A stretch of 38,471 nt of DNA, from positions 62,001-100,471 of the forward strand of contig JYFJ02000929.1 of assembly GCA_000934665.2 (NCBI GenBank), read 5' to 3'. A program made the position numbers and the translations under genes. Origin of the DNA: Catajapyx aquilonaris (lineage: Eukaryota). Of the stretch, positions 12,301-21,794 are shown one piece after another (position 1 is the stretch's first letter; every line of letters starts with the position of its first letter). Below the pieces are notes generated by a model. It searched no databases, was not told the DNA's origin, and worked only from the letters and a program-made list of their open reading frames with translations.

Positions 12301-15037
12301 TAGGCAGCCTCTACACACCCTAGAAGTGTCCCCCAAATAAAAATATACACCATATATAAATTTATTTCTGGAGCTAGACAGTCATATAATAATTCGAGGA
12401 GTCAGATAATAATCATAGGTTGGACAATCAAGGTTCTACTGTATTTGGCAAGAAGGGGACGGCAGAAGAAAGTGACCAATTTTTTTGGTCCTGCCTAATT
12501 TACGTGAGCTAATTTTTCATTTTTAACCCCTTCGCTACCTGATAGGCCCGAACCACATAGGCTTCGGCTTACGTGTACGCCGAAGATACGGACAAGATAT
12601 TTTACAAATAATAACAGCTACACTTACCCGATCTGGGAAAACACTATGAATGTGTTGCGCACAATTTTACTGCTCTAGAAGTCCCATAATTAATTTCCCC
12701 CCCCCCNAGTCCCAAAATTAAACCCCCCCCCCCCCCCCCCCAAAAAAAAAAAACGCCTATAAAATCTGGAAATTTGAGTTACTGCCGACCAACTGTGAGG
12801 CTGATTTAATTATGAAATGCGTGAAAATATGGGGAACAAAACCTTGAGAAGTGCCAGAAGAATTTGCTGAAATCGTCGTACTTTGAGAGAAATAAATTAA
12901 TACTTACTTGCGGCTTTCTGGAACTTTGGAAAACTACCATTTCTGGAGTTTTCCGAAGTGTCAAATGCCGCAAATAAGTATTAATATGCATATTTAATAT
13001 TAATATTATAATAATAAATTAATACTTACTTGGGGCTTGTTGGTACTCCGGAAAACTCAAATTTGGGAGTTTTCCGAAGTGTCAAAAAGGGGCAAATGAG
13101 TGTAAATGTATTTCTTGCAAAGTACAACGATTTCAGCAAATTCGTCTGGAATGGTTCTCAAGGTTGTTATTCCGCATATTTTCACGCATTTCATAATTAA
13201 ATCAGCCTAACAGTTTGTCAGCAGTACTCGGATTTCCAGTTTTTATAGCCCTTTTTTGGGGAATTAATTTCGGGACTTCTAGAGGAGCAAAATTGTTCCG
13301 GACACATTCATAGTGTTTTCCCAGATCGGGTAAGTATAGCTGTTTTTATTTGTATAATATCTGGTCCGTATCTTCGGAGTAAGTGTAAGCCGAAATCTAT
13401 GTGGTTCGGGCCTATCTGTTAGCGAAGTGGTTAAGGATAGTTTCATTAATCAGTATGGAGTAGTGTACATTATAGGCATATTGAAAGCAGAAAACTTTGC
13501 AAATTTGTTGCAAAGTGGTGACTTGGCTATAACAGACCTTGGTTATAACATACTTTTTTCTGCGGTCCCATGAAGTTTGTTATATCCTGATTCAATTGTA
13601 TAAATAGAAGAGAGTATTCAGAAGCGTCGTTGAACACATTTGAGTCACTTCAACATTGCAATCACTCCAAGTAACGTGTTTTCTTTGTTGTTTCATTGCT
13701 GGCTACCCCATCATTGAGACAATGCCATGATGACTGTATGTGCATTTATAGTCTTGTAACACTGTGACAAATTCTTATTTGCTTCCTACATACCAGGGCA
13801 GCATCAACAAATGATTTGCACTTTTATTTTTTTTGCCACAGATACAGGGCTGTTGCAGGTTGGCAGATAGGCACACATTATTGATAGAATTCTCCTGGAG
13901 CCAAATTAACTGGTGCCATTGGTATGGAAGCCTCTCCAGGCCCTCCAGGAACTTTGTTTTGGTAGTGCGGTACACCCACTCCTGGACAACTGCTCTCAGT
14001 CAACAATGTCCTTGAAAAGGTAGCAGTGAAGAGGTTTTCTCATGGATCCGAACAGGTGCAAATTACTGGTCAAATTGGGGGAGGACAGCGAGTGTGGAAC
14101 CCGGATCCATGGAGAAATCCCTTTGCAGAAGCCATTTCGATGACATTGTTGAACTGCAAGCAGTCGTCCGGGAGTGGGTGCGCCGCACCACCAAAACGTG
14201 GTTCCTGGAGGGCGTGGGGAGGCTTTCACTCCTGTTAATTCTGCTCCAATCTGCCGACCTGCAAGGCCCTTGTATTTGTGGCAAAAAAAAATAAGGTACA
14301 AATCATTTTGATACTGCCAGCGTATCACTGAGGGTGTTAAAATGCGTACATCAAGTTTAAGTTTTAACCTGAAATTCTGGAAGTTATGGTCCTCCAAGTG
14401 AAAACGCTTGGAGCAAAAATGCTTGAAAATCGGCACATTTGGAATTAGTGAGTTTTCCCGAATTTGTATAAGCAAACTTGCCGAAACACAGAACCCTTCC
14501 TGTAATAATCTAAGCATACAACAACATACACATACCTGAAGCCTCATTTGAGCTGCTTGCCTTGTTGACACCATTAGATTTTCTAGAATTATGCTCCATG
14601 TCCTCATCGTCACTCATCTCCAAATGAAAACTGTCATCATCCGAGAATGATGCAATGCATCCCCCATTCTCTTTCAAAATATTGTTATCGTTCAAATCGC
14701 CACTCATGTCTGAGGATTCAAAGCCTTTCTCAAAGACTGATGCCAGGACTTTTTCAGCATCAGCCACTACCCTATCCAGGGCAGATTTAGCTCCTTCCTC
14801 AAGGATAGAGCTTTCTACTGCAGGAGTGGATCCTTCTTCTTCAGGATTAGACTTCGCCTCTGCAGGAGTAGACCTTCTTTCTTTTAGGATGGCTCTTTTA
14901 TCCACAACAGTGGATGCATCCTCCTTTGTACCATTCTGTACAATACTCTCACCATCACCATTTTCTGACTGTGGTGATTTACGGTGGTCGTCTTTCCCAT
15001 TTTCTTCAAAGAGACATTCAGGTTTGTTGGCCACCAT
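3252..15037 (-). CDS. ATF7IP: ATF7-interacting protein (MCAF1/Windei; SETDB1 cofactor), 15 coding exons, about 951 aa
   Basis: Phase-consistent exon chain: 15037-14536, 10787-10237, 9195-9055, 8543-8424, 8336-8226, 8091-7894, 7157-6962, 6792-6683, 6606-6502, 5959-5845, 5091-5033, 4783-4520, 3925-3820, 3742-3576, 3362-3252 (2856 nt). Architecture: acidic N-terminus, PRKKRK NLS, coiled coil followed by KITRSVGLQV, VIDLT SIM, Pro/Ser-rich linker. C-terminus HPAPL...GIVLTW...SYQLFAYQE...[21 protein letters not shown]...KYHFAVRAVD...RFGPFS is the ATF7IP FN3 signature. Confidence 0.93.
3396..3515. repeat. Small imperfect inverted repeat (MITE remnant) in last ATF7IP intron
   Basis: cccactactagttac...gtaactagcagtggg and tagcagtacca...tggtactgcta arms. 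Confidence 0.55.
3576..3742 (-). CDS. ATF7IP: ATF7IP exon, FN3 core
   Basis: ttttgcag / gtaat boundaries; GIVLTWNMSS...[20 protein letters not shown]. Confidence 0.93.
3820..3925 (-). CDS. ATF7IP: ATF7IP exon, FN3 start
   Basis: ttttacag / gtaag; VHPAPLLTPPVALANVPGWKALPPKPVVNITTAVN. Confidence 0.9.
4520..4783 (-). CDS. ATF7IP: ATF7IP exon, Pro/Ser/Val-rich
   Basis: ttttcag / gtatg; 88 open codons (VRPG repeats). Confidence 0.88.
5033..5091 (-). CDS. ATF7IP: ATF7IP 59-nt exon
   Basis: tttcttag / gtaagt; (G)PPVRTAILRATAPNVTVQP; needed to restore phase between neighbouring exons. Confidence 0.82.
5845..5959 (-). CDS. ATF7IP: ATF7IP exon
   Basis: ttcctgcag / gtgagt; MRPVTTITGVRPSG...IMPVPQQ. 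Confidence 0.85.
6502..6606 (-). CDS. ATF7IP: ATF7IP exon
   Basis: attacag / gtatac; PVPGNGAPQRFAYLVSQ...SSPSQ. Confidence 0.83.
6683..6792 (-). CDS. ATF7IP: ATF7IP exon ending in a GC donor
   Basis: ttatgtag acceptor; CAG|gcaagt donor; SSSNVPISAMPGGIRLVSPQQLQQLGAGKPTLITSQ. Confidence 0.8.
6962..7157 (-). CDS. ATF7IP: ATF7IP exon with SUMO-interacting motif
   Basis: taaatag / gttagt; contains KVIDLTNED (SIM followed by acidic residues). Confidence 0.88.
7894..8091 (-). CDS. ATF7IP: ATF7IP exon
   Basis: ttcttcag / gtaagt; LPPIITPINN...VVSLHSP. Confidence 0.88.
8226..8336 (-). CDS. ATF7IP: ATF7IP exon
   Basis: gcactag (or alternative cag 6 nt further in) / gtaag; KQVVGSDGQNKLRPAP...PAPL. 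Confidence 0.8.
8424..8543 (-). CDS. ATF7IP: ATF7IP exon (end of coiled coil / ITRSVGLQV motif)
   Basis: atttcag / gtaagg; VNDMAVVIRRFVMDVK...VPYKITRSVGLQVHTNM. Confidence 0.88.
9055..9195 (-). CDS. ATF7IP: ATF7IP exon (coiled coil, probable SETDB1-binding region)
   Basis: gtcatag / gtgagt; DLEKMICQQMSAELKLRSKLAK...IQKQ. Confidence 0.88.
9294..9854. mobile_element. Tc1/mariner-type foldback MITE, 561 bp
   Basis: TA|CAGGGTGTAAATGAATTCAACC...GGTTGAATTCATTTACACCCTG|TA; near-perfect arms of about 190 bp; extra internal hairpin at about 9589-9663. Confidence 0.9.
10237..10787 (-). CDS. ATF7IP: ATF7IP exon (NLS, charged region)
   Basis: ttcaacag / gtatgt; (D)APRKKRKLSELLDSEEE...SHYTRQ. Confidence 0.88.
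11000..11330 (-). mobile_element. Degenerate mariner transposase fragment (HTH / WVPRLL region)
   Basis: DHRITVDDLARMICTSNGSFHTILH and RWAPRLLTPEEKQMRVEVCEEL match the mariner linker motif; stops and frameshifts present. Confidence 0.8.
11973..12357. mobile_element. Degenerate foldback MITE (probably Tc1/mariner type)
   Basis: Inverted arms gggaagcaatttgaga...ggtcggaaac-catcccaatg / cattgggatgggtttccgacc...tctcaaattgcttccc. Confidence 0.65.
12527..13430. mobile_element. piggyBac-like non-autonomous foldback element, about 900 bp
   Basis: TTAA|CCCCTTCGCTA...TAGCGAAGTGG|TTAA; whole element is a long imperfect palindrome. Confidence 0.85.
13793..14322. mobile_element. Mariner-derived foldback element carrying two inverted copies of the transposase 3' end
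   Basis: TA flanks; inverted arms; both strands encode decayed mariner C-terminus (PHSLSSPNLTSNLHLFGSMRK; FDDIVELQAVVREWV...FLEGVGRL). Confidence 0.8.
14536..15037 (-). CDS. ATF7IP: ATF7IP first coding exon (acidic N-terminus); exon acceptor at 15148-15149
   Basis: GAAATGG Kozak start at 15037; G|gtatg donor in phase with the next exon; an upstream tttccag acceptor implies a further upstream 5'UTR exon. Confidence 0.8.
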
Positions 15038-16780
15038 TTCTTCAGTAGGAATCACACTGACTTCAATGGCTTAAGTGCTCATCTCCGTAGACCTTTAACA
15101 TGTGTAGCATCAGGGATAAAGAGTGCATCAATTTGTGCTGGAATCACCTGGAAATAAAGACAGTGCCGATTAGACTTAATGCATTAATCTTAAAGTCAGC
15201 AAAATTAAGGCCATGCTATGATGCAAAACAAATACACCATTTTCATTCAGCCACATCATCTGTAAGCATTAAAACCCAAACTTATGCACATACGTCCAAA
15301 TCACTCAAGAAACATTATTACCAGAAATTTAGAAATCTCATGATGGGGTCGGTTACTGTAAAATCTAATCATCTATCTATTTTTCTCTGATCTTTTTTTC
15401 TTTTTCAACATAAATAACAAATTTAAAGCGGAAGATCTTCTTCGTAATGATTTAAGATTCCACTTTGTGCATTATTGTACTTGAGAAACGACAAAAGTTT
15501 CCATTTGGTGTTGCAATTATTCCATCTCGCCCTAGCTATTTTTTAAATGTAAAGTGCTGCACTTGATTCTCCCCTGTTTACAGAGCATTAATATTCGGTG
15601 TTCTAGAGATACACAATAGTTAATAACATTCATAAACCACCAGCACCACGATGTCGCAGACGGGGTGGTTGAAGACCGGGTCATTTCATGTCAGTTCAGT
15701 TCATCCCAAGAAAACGAAACATGTCACCCACCATCTCAGATTTTCTTGAAATTTTAAATGTGTAGACTGTGCATTGAGAAACTAATAACCTGAAAATTTC
15801 AACTTCCTAGCTCTTATAGTTCTTGAGTTATGGCTAGGGAAAATCTGAGTGAAAATGGCTCCAGAAGAGTCGCGAAAGCAGGCCTTGTTATTCAGAATAT
15901 TTTTTTTTGTATAAGAACTAATTACTTCAATTATGAAAAATACTATACTGATGTAAAGAAACTTGCCGATTCGAAAAATGCTGTCAGATTTGTGCTACAG
16001 TCATATCTTCACATTTGAAATTAACATTATTTGTTAATTCAGGAATATATTGTCATGACCTCGAAACTTTCATAATTCATATCCAAAAAGGGCCCACTCA
16101 AATTTTAATGAAATTCCACCCCAGGAAAGTCTACTTTCAGGAGGTGTAAAAATATGATCATGTGTTTTGGTTTTTGACATAGACAATGGTATATTAACAC
16201 AAAGTGTAAATTAACAAGAAATCTTGCTTGATAGATGGCCCTATACTAGATGTTCACTCAAACTCTAATACAACCTGAATAATTTATAACATACCCAGAA
16301 GCTATAAATCTGTAGAAAGTGACCATGGGCACAGCTAAGAGGGAGCAGGGGGGCAGGGAAAGCTTGTTAACAAACATTAGTGTCATTCTTGGCGAGAGAA
16401 TTTGCATGAGCTGCTTGAAAAAGTTCAGTGCTATAACCACAGAGGATCAAGAAAGTACTTCATGGTAATGATACTGATAATGTGAGTGCCAGCTCAAATG
16501 ATTCATTGCTGGTATGGAGGTATCCTGGTGGTGAGAAAGACGCAAAGTCTTATAAGCAATAAATTAAACGCAAGCTTTGTCAAACTTGGCAAACTTGGAA
16601 CAAAGAACAATGAAGCAATTAAAAGGAATATTAATGACAAAGAGAGTGGTGAAGCATTAGGTATGAAATCCCTATATCTTGTATGTGGCACCTGGTGAGA
16701 GTATGGATGGAGTCCAATGAAAAAACATTCTTACAATCCAAAGTCCAAGATCTTGAAGCTATTGTACTTGGTACAATCCA

Positions 16781-17059
16781 CCGAAGCAGGTTGGCATAGT
16801 GGATAAGGCGTCCGACTGCTAATCGGGAGGTCCTGGGTTCGAATCCCAGTGCCGGAAACTCTAACCGTGGTTTTCTGTGGTTTCCCACGGTTTCTCCAGG
16901 AGAATTCCGGAATTATTTCCTAATAAACAGGCCACAGCCGCCCCCTTCCTATCCTCTCCCAAAAAGCAATAAGTAAAAATGCAAGCAAACAGTTCCAGAC
17001 AAAACAAAAAAAATCCCCCCTAAAGAGCCGCCTGCTGATAACGGGGTATGAATTATTAT
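16781..17059 (+). mobile_element. Full-length tRNA-derived SINE with 16-bp TSD
   Basis: A box TGGCATAGTGG, B box GGTTCGAATCC, anticodon-arm-like tccga-ctgctaa-tcggg, (ATT)n tail; TSD tacttggtacaatcca at 16765-16780 and 17060-17075. Confidence 0.9.
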
Positions 17060-17636
17060 TACTTGGTACAATCCATCAAAGAAAAATTGGGTATCCATGC
17101 GCTAGAGAGAAAAACTTTTAACCTTCGCCCATCCCTTGTGGTCTCATCACGCTGTTTCTGTCACTTTTGGCCTTACTCAAGTACATGATATGACAAGCAA
17201 GAAAGTTAGCATCAAGAAAAGGTGTTGGTGCCCTTCCAGAAAAGCATCATGGCAAAAGATTACCAGCTGAGAGAGTTGAGAAGGTGTGCAAGTTCTGCAG
17301 AGATGATGAATACACATGATTAATGCCAGGGAAATAAGGACAAGTCAGTGTAAGGAATATGTATGAGCTGAAAAGGTTTAATGTAAGTGAACAGTATTCT
17401 TTGTTTGTATTTACATATGCAGATATGAAAGTAGGTCATTTCGAGTTCTGAGCACTACTACCAAAGCAACATTTGTGTTCTTGCAAGATCACCAGTAACA
17501 CATTCTGCATGCTTCGGTAGTTATACGAAAAATTAAAGTGACTTGTAACATGTATGTTAAGTTTCGTGTTGATGTCTTGAAAAAAATCTATATGTAATGT
17601 TTTATAGCCATCTAATGCAGTTTCTCAAGTGAGAGG

Positions 17637-18258
17637 ATCCCTTCCAGGATTGATTTTGCAGTGTATCACAATAATTTTAATTGGATGATGTTCCTCATAA
17701 TGTTAGATGAAAAAATGAAACTCAGTTTTTAAATATCTGTCCCCTGAGTAGTGAAAACCAGGACTCAAAAGTAATCTTTTTGCACTTGAAATATATATGC
17801 CCACAGCAGGCGCTAAAAAGTTCCCGGAATTTTAATATTAATTTTTCAGACACTAGGTGATTAAGGCCGATTTTTTGAGTCACATATTGTTCACAAAAAA
17901 AATTTGATTTAATAAAATAAATGGAAGTTGCACATGTGGCAACACTTCAAATGGGATATTACACTGTGCAATCATGCTTGTACACAGTTAAAATGTTAAT
18001 AAAATTATCAATCTTGAACAATGTGACTCAAAAAATCGGGTATAATCAACAAGGTGTCTGAAAAATTAATATTAAAATTTAGTGCCGGCTGTGGGCATAT
18101 ATATTTCAAGTGCAAAAAAATCACTTTCGAGCCCTAGTTTTCACTATTCAGGGGACAGATATTTAAAAACCGAGTTTCACTTTTTCATCCAACATTATGA
18201 GGAGCAACATCCAATTAAAATTATTGTGATATACTTCAAAATCAATCCTGGAAGAGAT
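17637..18258. repeat. Foldback palindrome of about 620 bp nested in the Sola2-like element
   Basis: cttccaggattgatttt...aaaatcaatcctggaag termini; arms of about 255 bp. Confidence 0.85.
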
Positions 18259-19547
18259 TCAACTTGTTAACTGACACTTTGTGTTAATATACCATTGCAT
18301 ATGTGGGGGGTAAAAATACACAAAGGAATTTTTACACCTCCTGAAAGTAGACTTCAAGACCATTCCTGTGGTGCAATTTCATTAAAATCTGAGTGGGCCC
18401 TTTTTGGGTATTAACTGTGAAAGTTTCAAGGTCATGGGAATTCCAGTTAACAAAAATAATGTTAATTTCATGTGTGATGAATTTAGCACAAATCTGACAG
18501 CATTTTTTGAATTGACAGGTTTCTTTACATACCGGTACGTACTGTATTTTTCAACTTCCCACAGTTATTAGTTTCTATACAATAAAATATTTTGAAACAC
18601 AAATCATGCTTTCTCGACTCTTCAGTAGCCATTTCCACCCATATTTTGCCTAGCCATGACTCAAGAACAATTGGACGGTGTCACGCAATAATGAGTCAAC
18701 CCACATGAGAAGTTTTGAGAAAAAGGCATTTGAAGATCTTGCCTGTGAAAATTAATTTTCAGTCATTTGTGGCAGTCAAAATCGCCGGCTCCCATTTGAA
18801 CCTCTTTGCTCGTCCATCTTGGCCGACTGCAGCGCCAACAATAGGCTTTCGAATATTCTCCACATTGAACGAACTAACTAGGCCTAGCCCCAACCACTCA
18901 CCCAACAAAGGAAGTCGCACAGTTTCCGTGAAAACTGCTTTGTTTTGTACTCACAATCACACACACTAGACGGGCAAGAGGTCTACAACTGGTCTAGAAG
19001 GCCTCACAAACACCCTTCTGCAGGAGCTCAACCTCCACCACAACCACCGCGGGGCACCGCCCTGCTTCCTTGTCCAACCTCGTCTCTCATTACAAGCCTG
19101 TAACTTTTTCCCTTCTACAACATTCCAACTTAATTCCAACCCTCTGCACGGTGCTTCCCTCTGCTGGCGATTGCCACAATTTCTTAATCTAGCGCACGGC
19201 CTAGCCTTTTACTGGGTGTTCATTTTGTGAAATAAAGCCTAACTAAGGGATCATTTTGCTTCATGCCGAAAGGATAACAACTGTAATCCGAATGTATGAA
19301 ATTTCTGCCAGGATACACGAAAGAATTTCTTATGGCCACCTTATTGTTACCCTCCTACATTCCGTGACCATAAGGCTGGGGTAGGAGCTGCTGGTCATTT
19401 CTAATTATATTAGATGAAAGTGAAACTAGGATTTCGCCTACTCTGATCCCTATACATCATCATCGTCATCATCATCATCACGGCGCGGCGTTTCACAAAA
19501 TGATATGGGGTTGCCAGCAGATGTAGAAAACGTCATGATGATCCCTA

Positions 19548-19682
19548 ATGTACGGAAAATGAGAGAACGATTTGACGTCATCACAGTTTCCATGGAAATA
19601 TTCTCACAGAACAATATGAGTAAAGTGTCAACAAAAAAGCAACAATTGAAGAAACGATGACGTCAGATCGTTCTCCGTACAT
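19548..19682. mobile_element. MITE of about 140 bp, copy 1 of 3 (TA flanks, TGACGTCA in arms)
   Basis: atgtacggaaaatgagagaacga...tcgttctccgtacat; homologous to 24822-24968 and 27594-27734. Confidence 0.8.
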
Positions 19683-19950
19683 TATACGAGCAATATTGAT
19701 TTGAACATCGCAATTCGCAATTTTTCTCCCAATTTCTTATGGCCATAAAATGGATTTGATGTATATTGGTAAAATTTTATATATATTTCCCGGTCATGTT
19801 TGAAAATATATACAATTTTTTGACTTGCTTATTGTTCACAAAAAGCAATATTTCACAGAATAAATCACCTTGCAACCGTGTGGGCACTACTTAGCAACCT
19901 TATAATAATCCAATGCGATGAGAAACCAATAATTCCCACAATTAACTCCA

Positions 19951-20698
19951 TTAACCCCCAGGTCCGAACCACGTTGATTTTGAGTTACGCGTACCCCGAA
20001 GATACGGGCAAGATATTTTGCAAATAATAACAGAGGCTATACTTACAGTACCCCGTTCAGGGAAAACACCACGGCCGCTTGAAGAGTTGCTAGCAACTCT
20101 TCAAGCGGCCGTGGAAAACACTATGAATGTGTCTGGAACCATTTTACTCGTCTAGAAATCCCTAAATTGATTTCCAATAACAAACGCTATAAAAACTGGA
20201 AATCCGAGTGGGCTGCCGACAAACTGTTAGGCTGATTTAATAATGAAATTCGTGATAATATGCGCAATAACGACCTTGAGAACTATGCCAGACGAATTTG
20301 CTTTGATCGTCGTACTTAGCGAGAAATAAATTAATTCTTATTTGCGTCCTTTTGTCACTTCGGAAAACTCCAAAATTTATTTGCATTTCTTGTGAAGAAA
20401 GCCGCAAATTAATATTATTTTATTTCTCTCAAAGTACGACGATCAAAGCAAATTCGTCTGGCATGGTTCTCAAGGTTATTATTACGCATATTATCACGCA
20501 TAATGATAATTTCATAATGAAATAAGTTTAACAGTTGGTCGGCAGTACTAAGATTTCCAGATTTTATAGCATTTTTTTGGAAATTAATTTAGGGACTTCT
20601 ATAGGAATAAAAGTGGTTCAGACACATTCATAATGTTTTCCCTGCACGTGGTAAGTATAGGTGTTATTATTTGTCAAATATATTGTCAGTGTCTTCGA
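19951..20698. mobile_element. Second, older copy of the piggyBac-like foldback family, right end truncated
   Basis: TTAACCCC start; aligns to 12527-13430 (ccgaagatacgg-caagatatttt-caaataataacag; aaaacactatgaatgtg). Confidence 0.82.
20070..20113. mobile_element. 44-bp perfect palindromic insertion with 8-bp TSD
   Basis: gaaaacac|CACGGCCGCTTGAAGAGTTGCT AGCAACTCTTCAAGCGGCCGTG|gaaaacac; the sister element at about 12637 has a single gaaaacac (empty site). Confidence 0.88.
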
Positions 20699-20850
20699 TT
20701 TTTCCGGCGTGAGCGGCGCAAGTGGAGATCGCCACTTGCGCGTGCGCCGCTAACCTGTCGGAAAATTTTCATGGGACTACTGTTCTGTCCAGCCTTGTAC
20801 AAATCATATGGCTATGTTGGTTATCTCGTGATGCCTGCCCCTGCGTTACG

Positions 20851-20954
20851 TACTATATCGCCCAAAAAGATAGAGACGATTTTGCATTTGACTCAAGTGC
20901 AACTTGCACTTGAATCAAATGCCAATCGTCTCTATCTTTTTCAGCGATATAGTA
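20851..20954. mobile_element. Palindromic mini-MITE of about 105 bp, copy 1 of 2
   Basis: tactatatcg...cgatatagta; near-identical to 33984-34088; absent from the paralogous position in unit 3. Confidence 0.82.
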
Positions 20955-21606
20955 CCTACGAGTCAAAGTCATTAGGTCCCGTAACGATCACTCACCCTCC
21001 CTTGCCCAAAACTTCAGCAAATTAAACTACATATTTGATATGGCTTCCCTCCTGCGCCAACTTTTCCCTGATCGCTCCCGCCATCTGCTGGCGGGCACAC
21101 CCTGCGTACAGTGTTGCCTCACTGACGTCCTACCAACAGTTGTCCACCTCGGTATATTGTCATTCAGTGCTATTTCCCGCAACCAGGGCTGCTCTCCTTG
21201 AAGCCAGTACACTCTCAAGGTGATCATTGTAAAATCAACTAGTTAATACACTCAAAGCGGGGCTAACCGCCCCTCCCAGTGCCACCAGTCATTTTTCATG
21301 CCGAGTCCTTGTTAACGTTTTCAGCCTTGTCGTAGTGCTGAAGCCACAACATTGTTGTCCCTTGCGATGAAATATCAGTGCTCTACGGCTAATCCAGCCG
21401 AAAATCTTTGACTCACCGAGATCGTGCGGGACCCAAGCTCAACAAGGCCAGCAGGAACAACCACACCGAGGCAAAACCCTGCCTGTCTTCACCAGGCCTA
21501 CAACTAACCCTTTACAGCGACACATAAACGCCTGGCGACCGAACCAGTAAACAGGCCTCCACCAACCCACATCCCCACTCCCCAGAATTATTCCCGAGAC
21601 GGACCG

Positions 21607-21794
21607 TCACGTGATCCAACACACATCAGTCTGCCCGGGTATACCCACTGCGGGTCCGCGGGACGGACCTTCTTTAAATACGATTGTTGCTGACTAAGTA
21701 CGACAGTACGTTTACATGTAGACAGTACATATTCCGGCGTAAAAAATAAAAATCGATTTGAACCCAACCCGATGGGATGTAGTGCGCATGCGCA
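21607..21794. promoter_or_regulatory. Promoter-like motif cluster in repeat unit 1 (E-box, TATA/CHR-like, NRF1)
   Basis: TCACGTGA 21607-21614, TTTAAATA 21673-21680, ATTTGAA at about 21756, TGCGCATGCGCA 21783-21794; same order in unit 2 (23661-23845). Confidence 0.45.

Larger units (their letters stand above)
15678..18666 (+). mobile_element. Decayed Sola2-like DNA transposon with long inverted arms and nested insertions
   Basis: GGGTCATTTCATGTCAG terminus like the 29067 element; arms 15821-16218 / 18263-18666; disrupted transposase-like reading at about 16380-17500 (ICMSCLKK; LTFAHPLWS...FG; ARKL...GKRLP...VCKFCRDDEYT*LMPGK) resembling Sola2 proteins. Confidence 0.7.

Noticed and set aside
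12680..12755. Duplicated agtccca-aattaa plus poly-C runs around an N
   Set aside because: Probably an assembly join or homopolymer artefact; the opposite arm of the element lacks the duplication
13996..14613. 205-aa minus-strand ORF
   Set aside because: Chance read-through across an ATF7IP exon end, intron and mariner relic in a non-coding frame
16783..16856. tRNA-Ser(GCT)-like sequence
   Set aside because: Acceptor stem does not pair; it is the head of a SINE with body, tail and TSD, with a second copy at 1791-2037
21495..21515. CTAACCCT, resembling a telomerase RNA template, in repeat unit 1
   Set aside because: Not conserved in units 2 and 3, and no convincing template-adjacent pseudoknot or H/ACA domain is shared by all copies
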